Assembly (NCBI GenBank): GCA_024654025.1
Contig: JANLIR010000004.1
Coordinates: 1 to 54,982 of the forward strand
DNA from: Candidatus Wolfebacteria bacterium
GTDB taxonomy: Bacteria > Patescibacteriota > Minisyncoccia > UBA6257 > UBA9933
Length of the DNA: 54,982 bases
Direction: 5' to 3'
Made by a program: the position numbers and the translations under genes. Positions 51,235-54,982 of the stretch are shown here, piece by piece. How positions within the stretch are numbered: the stretch's first letter is position 1; each line of letters begins with the position of its first letter. A model generated the notes under the pieces. It was given only the letters and a program-made list of their open reading frames with translations. It did no database searches and had not been told where the DNA came from.

Positions 51235-53343
51235 ATGAAAAATTTAATTTATAAAAACCCGAAAATAATCTTAGGCGCTTTAATTATAGGCGTTATTTTT
51301 CCGTTTTTGTCAGCAAGCGCTGCGGCTTTTAATACTGGTTCCGCTGATCCAGCCACTTTTCAAACATATAACTTTACTAATTCCGGAACCTGCACGAGTT
51401 GCTGGTCATCTTCTGTTTCGGCGAATCCTTCAGATGTTATTACCTTCAGAATTTATTATCACAATTCATCCAATGAGACTGCGGTAAATACTCGCGTAAG
51501 AGTTAATTTAACAAGCGACACACTTACTTCACGCACGCTTTCCGCGGAAGTTTTTGCAAATAATTCAGCCAGCGCGATGGGTTCGGTAACGATAAATTTA
51601 TCTTCAGCCCAAAGCTTAACTTTTAGGACAGGTTCTGTTAAATGGTATCCGGACAGGGGAACGGTAAATATGACAACTCGGCCGCTTATTTCCGGCCAAA
51701 ATGGAAGCGAAATAGTTTCCAGCGCAGGATTGAGCATCGGCGATATTGCTCCGGGATATGAACACGACGGTTACGTGACTTTAGCTTTAAATGTTGGCGG
51801 TTCAAACCAGCAAAACGGCAGCGCGCCGATTGTTAATACGAATATGGCGTATTCAATAACGCAAAACTCCGCCACTTTAAGCGGATCTGTTAATCCTAAC
51901 AGCGCCAATGCAACCGCGTGGTTTGAATACGGAACCACTCAAAGTTTAGGAACCATGGTTGGCAATCAATCAATTGGCAGCGCCAACTCAAGCCAAAATA
52001 TCACCGCTTATCTTTCCAACCTTTCTCAAAATACAACTTATTATTTCAGAACTGTTGCTCAAAATTCATTCGGCACCACGTATGGAGCGATAATGAGTTT
52101 TGTTACGACTTATCAGCAACAACAGCAGCAATTCGGCAACGCACCCATAGTCAACACAAATATGGCGTATTCAATTACGCAAAACTCCGCTACCTTAAGC
52201 GGCTCGGTTAATCCTAACAATTCTAATACAAATGTCTGGTTTGAATACGGGCCGACTCAATATTTGGGATATACCGCTGGCTACCAAACCTTAGGAATGA
52301 ATAATTATTTAAGCAACGCCACGGCATATTTGAATAATCTTTCTCCCAATACTGCTTATTACTTTAGAATCGCCGCGCAAAACGCTTACGGAACCAACTA
52401 TGGTTCAATGTTGAGTTTTAATACAATAAGCGGCACGGGTTATTCCGGCGGCGGGTATTATCAGCAGCAAAACGCCGCGCCTAGCGTGAATACTTTGCAG
52501 GCAACTTATGTTTATCAGAATTCGGCACTAATAAACGGATCAGTTAATCCTAGCGGATCTCTTACGACCGCGTGGTTTGAATGGGGAAGAGATTCTAATT
52601 TAGGCAGCAAATCCGAAAGCCGGGCTGTCGGAAGTGGCTATGACGCGCTCAATTTCAATTCTATTTTGAGCGGGCTTAGCGCCGGAACCAATTATTATTA
52701 TCGGGCTGCGGCGCAAAACTCGCTTGGAACAAGTTATGGCAATACGGTTGCTATAAAAACACAGAGTTATGATTACACTCCCGCGCCGGAGCAAAGAATA
52801 ATTACGCGAACGGTTGCGGTAAAAACAGGCGTGTCGCTGGACGTTTCGCTTGATAACGAAGAAGTTAATGCCGGAGACGATATAATTATTTCGGCAACAT
52901 TTAAAAACGACAATTCTTCGGCGATAAACGATCTTGTTTTAAAAATCGCGCTTCCGGCAGAAGTAAAATATTTAAGCGCCAGCCCAAGAGTTTCAAATAG
53001 AGAAAACGGAATATTAACTTTTAATCTTGGGAAAATTGGAGCTAAGACGCAAGGCATAGTTACGGTTAAAGTGAATGTTAACAGCGACGCGAAACAAAAT
53101 AGCATCTTAATTTTTGGAGGAACATTGGAATATTACGATAAAAATAATAATTTTCAGTCAATTGAATCTTACGCGACGGCCAGAGTGATTCAAGGGGAGG
53201 AAAACGGATTTGGAGCGTCGCTTTTAGACGCGCTTAAAGGAATTTTTACCAGTCCCTGGCTTTATATTGTTTTACTTTTGATCGCGGTTGGAGTAACGGC
53301 TTGGTATTTCGGAAAACGCTCGGTGATGAAATCGTCATTGTAA
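51235..53343 (+). CDS. Large surface protein: signal peptide, DUF11-like ends, three tandem ~100-aa FN3-like WFE(Y/W)G repeats, C-terminal TM anchor
   Basis: The repeats begin (S/N/A)AP(I/S)VNT...SG(S)VNPN...WFEYG...YYFR..AQN..GT.YG. The C-terminal TM segment is WLYIVLLLIAVGVTAWYF. Confidence 0.65.
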   Translation: MKNLIYKNPKIILGALIIGVIFPFLSASAAAFNTGSADPATFQTYNFTNSGTCTSCWSSSVSANPSDVITFRIYYHNSSNETAVNTRVRVNLTSDTLTSRTLSAEVFANNSASAMGSVTINLSSAQSLTFRTGSVKWYPDRGTVNMTTRPLISGQNGSEIVSSAGLSIGDIAPGYEHDGYVTLALNVGGSNQQNGSAPIVNTNMAYSITQNSATLSGSVNPNSANATAWFEYGTTQSLGTMVGNQSIGSANSSQNITAYLSNLSQNTTYYFRTVAQNSFGTTYGAIMSFVTTYQQQQQQFGNAPIVNTNMAYSITQNSATLSGSVNPNNSNTNVWFEYGPTQYLGYTAGYQTLGMNNYLSNATAYLNNLSPNTAYYFRIAAQNAYGTNYGSMLSFNTISGTGYSGGGYYQQQNAAPSVNTLQATYVYQNSALINGSVNPSGSLTTAWFEWGRDSNLGSKSESRAVGSGYDALNFNSILSGLSAGTNYYYRAAAQNSLGTSYGNTVAIKTQSYDYTPAPEQRIITRTVAVKTGVSLDVSLDNEEVNAGDDIIISATFKNDNSSAINDLVLKIALPAEVKYLSASPRVSNRENGILTFNLGKIGAKTQGIVTVKVNVNSDAKQNSILIFGGTLEYYDKNNNFQSIESYATARVIQGEENGFGASLLDALKGIFTSPWLYIVLLLIAVGVTAWYFGKRSVMKSSL

Positions 53344-53373
53344 TAATATAAAAACAATTAGTATTTAGTAGCC

Positions 53374-53403
53374 TTGACAAAATATATTAGATTGGACTAC
53401 TAT
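53374..53403 (+). promoter_or_regulatory. rplJL promoter TTGACA-18-TACTAT
   Basis: Read directly upstream of the leader. Confidence 0.45.
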
Positions 53404-53413
53404 ATTAGAGCTT

Positions 53414-53496
53414 CTGCAGAAAATAGGCGTTTGTAAAAATAATGTAAGACCTATTGAGGATGGCGATTTTCTGCGGCTTGAGGCCGCTTTTTATTT
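53414..53496 (+). promoter_or_regulatory. rplJ (L10) leader with mutually exclusive long-range stem and intrinsic terminator
   Basis: CTGCAGAAAAT (53414-53424) pairs with ATTTTCTGC(g)G (53466-53476). The latter shares GCGG with the terminator GCGGC-ttgag-GCCGC (53473-53487), which is followed by TTTTTATTTT. Confidence 0.5.
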
Positions 53497-53506
53497 TCAA
53501 ATTAAT

Positions 53507-54040
53507 ATGTTAACCAAAAGCCAAAAAACAAATATAATCAGTGATGTCAAAAATCTGTTAAAAGGCAGTAAAATTTTGCTTTTTACGGATTTTACGGGTA
53601 TCAGCGTAGAAGAGTCTAAATTTTTAAGGAGATTAGTCAATGATTTGGGGGCAAAATATAAGGTTATTAAGAAAAAACTTATGCGGGTTGCTTTTGAAAA
53701 TTCCCAAATTAGTTTTAATCCGGAAAGGTTTGAGAGTCAGCTCGGAACTATATTTTCTCCCAAAGACATTTCCGAAGTAGCGGGTCCGGTTTATAAATTT
53801 TTTAGTGAGATAGAAAAAAAGAGATTCTCCGCCAGAGGCGGATCCGCCTTTGGAGGAAAGATTTTGGGAGCGTACGATTTGGAAAAAGGCGAGTTTTTGG
53901 AAGGCGATTTTGTTAAAAAAATAGGGCAACTGCCGTCAAGGGAGATAATTTTAGGGCAATTAGCCGGTGTGCTTTCTGCTCCGCTTAAAATGTTTATGTA
54001 TGTTTTGGATCAAAAAATGAAACAAATGGTCGAAAAATAA
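53507..54040 (+). CDS. rplJ: Ribosomal protein L10
   Basis: N-terminal [31 protein letters not shown], and rplL lies downstream. It carries the insertion [10 protein letters not shown]. Confidence 0.9.
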   Translation: MLTKSQKTNIISDVKNLLKGSKILLFTDFTGISVEESKFLRRLVNDLGAKYKVIKKKLMRVAFENSQISFNPERFESQLGTIFSPKDISEVAGPVYKFFSEIEKKRFSARGGSAFGGKILGAYDLEKGEFLEGDFVKKIGQLPSREIILGQLAGVLSAPLKMFMYVLDQKMKQMVEK

Positions 54041-54054
54041 CACTATCAAAAAAT

Positions 54055-54426
54055 ATGTCAGAAAAGTTTAACGATATAATTGAAAAAATAGAAAAATTAA
54101 CGGTTGTTGAGCTGGCGGAATTGGTAAAAGCCATTGAGGAAAAATTTGGAGTTTCCGCCGCAATGCCAATTTCTTCCGGAGCAGCCGGAGCAGGCGCGAG
54201 CGAAGCTGAGGAAAAAACTTCTTTTAATGTTATTCTTAAGTCCAGCGGAGAACAAAAAATTAATGTTATCAAAAAAGTTAAAGAAATAACCGGATTGGGA
54301 TTAAAAGAAGCGAAGGACTTGGTTGAGGGCGCACCGAAGGCGGTTAAGGAGGGAGTAAAGAAAGAGGAAGCGGAAGAATTAAAAAAGAAACTCGAAGAAG
54401 TCGGGGCAACCGTGGAATTGCAATAA
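54055..54426 (+). CDS. rplL: Ribosomal protein L7/L12
   Basis: N-terminal dimerisation helix, Ala/Gly hinge and the C-terminal domain [28 protein letters not shown]. Confidence 0.97.
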   Translation: MSEKFNDIIEKIEKLTVVELAELVKAIEEKFGVSAAMPISSGAAGAGASEAEEKTSFNVILKSSGEQKINVIKKVKEITGLGLKEAKDLVEGAPKAVKEGVKKEEAEELKKKLEEVGATVELQ

Positions 54427-54435
54427 GCGCGATCT

Positions 54436-54456
54436 CCCGTTAATATTTCTAACGGG
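54436..54456 (+). terminator. Hairpin CCCGTT-n9-AACGGG after rplL
   Basis: Read directly. It abuts tRNA-Val and has no T-run, so it may be a processing or weak termination signal. Confidence 0.3.
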
Positions 54457-54457
54457 T

Positions 54458-54529
54458 GGGTAATTAGCTCAGTGGTAGAGCGCTTCGTTCACATCGAAGA
54501 GGCCACAGGTTCGATCCCTGTATTGCCCA
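54458..54529 (+). tRNA. tRNA-Val (anticodon CAC)
   Basis: Acceptor GGGUAAU/AUUGCCC, D arm GCUC-AGUGGUA-GAGC, anticodon stem CUUCG/CGAAG with loop UUCACAU, T arm ACAGG-UUCGAUC-CCUGU. No CCA is encoded. Confidence 0.88.
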
Positions 54530-54554
54530 CGTTTTTATTATTTGAATAATTATT

Positions 54555-54737
54555 ATGAGAAGTTGTGAAGTTTGCGGCAAGGGTTCTATTATTCGAGGCA
54601 CAAGAGTTAAGCTTCGCGGAAAATATAATCCTACCGCGCAAAATAGAAAATATCCGAATTTGCAGAAATTTAAGTTGCCGGACGGCAAGCGGGTTTTGGC
54701 TTGCACGGGTTGCATTAAAAAAAGCAAAAAAGTATAA
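54555..54737 (+). CDS. rpmB: Ribosomal protein L28
   Basis: 60 aa. The pattern MRSCEVCGKG...NRKYPNLQKFKL...ACTGCIKK matches the L28 pattern. Confidence 0.88.
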   Translation: MRSCEVCGKGSIIRGTRVKLRGKYNPTAQNRKYPNLQKFKLPDGKRVLACTGCIKKSKKV

Positions 54738-54802
54738 ACTAAAATTGCCTGAGCGGGCAATTTTAGTATAATTAAATATATGGGACCCCGCACCAAAAAT
54801 TT

Positions 54803-54876
54803 CGGGCTGTAGTATACCGGTAGTACGCATGCATGGGGTGCATGTAGACCGGGTTCAATTCCCGGCAGCCCGACCA
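54803..54876 (+). tRNA. tRNA-Pro (anticodon GGG), CCA encoded
   Basis: Acceptor CGGGCUG/CAGCCCG, anticodon stem CAUGC/GCAUG with loop AUGGGGU, T arm CCGGG-UUCAAUU-CCCGG, then ACCA. Confidence 0.88.
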
Positions 54877-54982
54877 ATTCAGTAATTGCTGAACGAAGCT
54901 CGAACCTTTTTTGAACGGAAAATGCTCGAATAGCTCCGCTCCGCGTTTCCGCCCGCCGAATTTCGGCGAGCAAAGCAAAACA

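Noticed and set aside
54464-54973. Long minus-strand ORFs (169, 113 and 68 aa) covering the end of the window
   Set aside because: They run antisense across tRNA-Val, rpmB and tRNA-Pro. Their translations are low-complexity with no motifs, and the plus-strand features explain the region fully.

Overview
This is an AT-rich, tightly packed bacterial chromosome fragment with about 60 protein genes and 4 tRNAs. I found no rRNA, CRISPR array, transposase or integrase. The gene content fits a Candidate Phyla Radiation / Patescibacteria (Parcubacteria-like) genome, but that assignment is inference. It rests on ADP-forming acetyl-CoA synthetase, 2-oxoacid:ferredoxin oxidoreductase and a small NiFe hydrogenase being the only visible energy metabolism, plus GatCA, a short MetRS, a split NifU, many large secreted or TM-anchored proteins, and tRNAs mostly lacking encoded CCA. 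Layout: 0-6.6 kb is a cell-surface cluster with two paralogous Cys-bracketed beta-rich proteins, a DUF916-like anchored protein, one dockerin protein and two TM-anchored cohesin proteins. 6.6-23.2 kb is housekeeping (mnmA, holA-like, gatCA, tatD, metG, permease, nifS-nifU-nfu, ferredoxin, FAD oxidoreductase, ACD and OFOR). 23.5-27.6 kb holds a PQ-loop protein, a tautomerase-like protein, a two-subunit NiFe hydrogenase, its protease and a conserved unknown. 27.6-32.0 kb is envelope and lipid genes (EamA, GT2, DedA, PAP2_C-like). 32.2-38.0 kb is accessory: an unannotated Phd-like antitoxin with Doc, then obg, then four nuclease-family genes (HEPN-like, NYN, TM-Mrr, T5orf172) separated by four copies of a 55-95 bp direct repeat and abutting tRNA-Gln. 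38-45 kb holds dnaX and grpE-dnaK-(membrane gene)-dnaJ. 45-53.4 kb holds tRNA-Lys, pcm, a 1269-aa coiled-coil/TM protein and two surface proteins. 53.4-55 kb holds the rplJL operon with leader, tRNA-Val, rpmB and tRNA-Pro. The best candidate for something undescribed is the repeat-punctuated nuclease island at 33.8-38.0 kb. Other notable signals are a (GA)10 tract that separates an ATG from the body of a surface-protein gene, and a 38-nt perfectly duplicated nested inverted-repeat element at the grpE promoter and again 10 kb downstream. A 30-nt palindromic in-frame module is shared by dnaK and rplJ. Many genes have a -10 box only 6-9 nt upstream of the ATG, which suggests leaderless mRNAs. All calls come from reading motifs by eye; no database search was possible.
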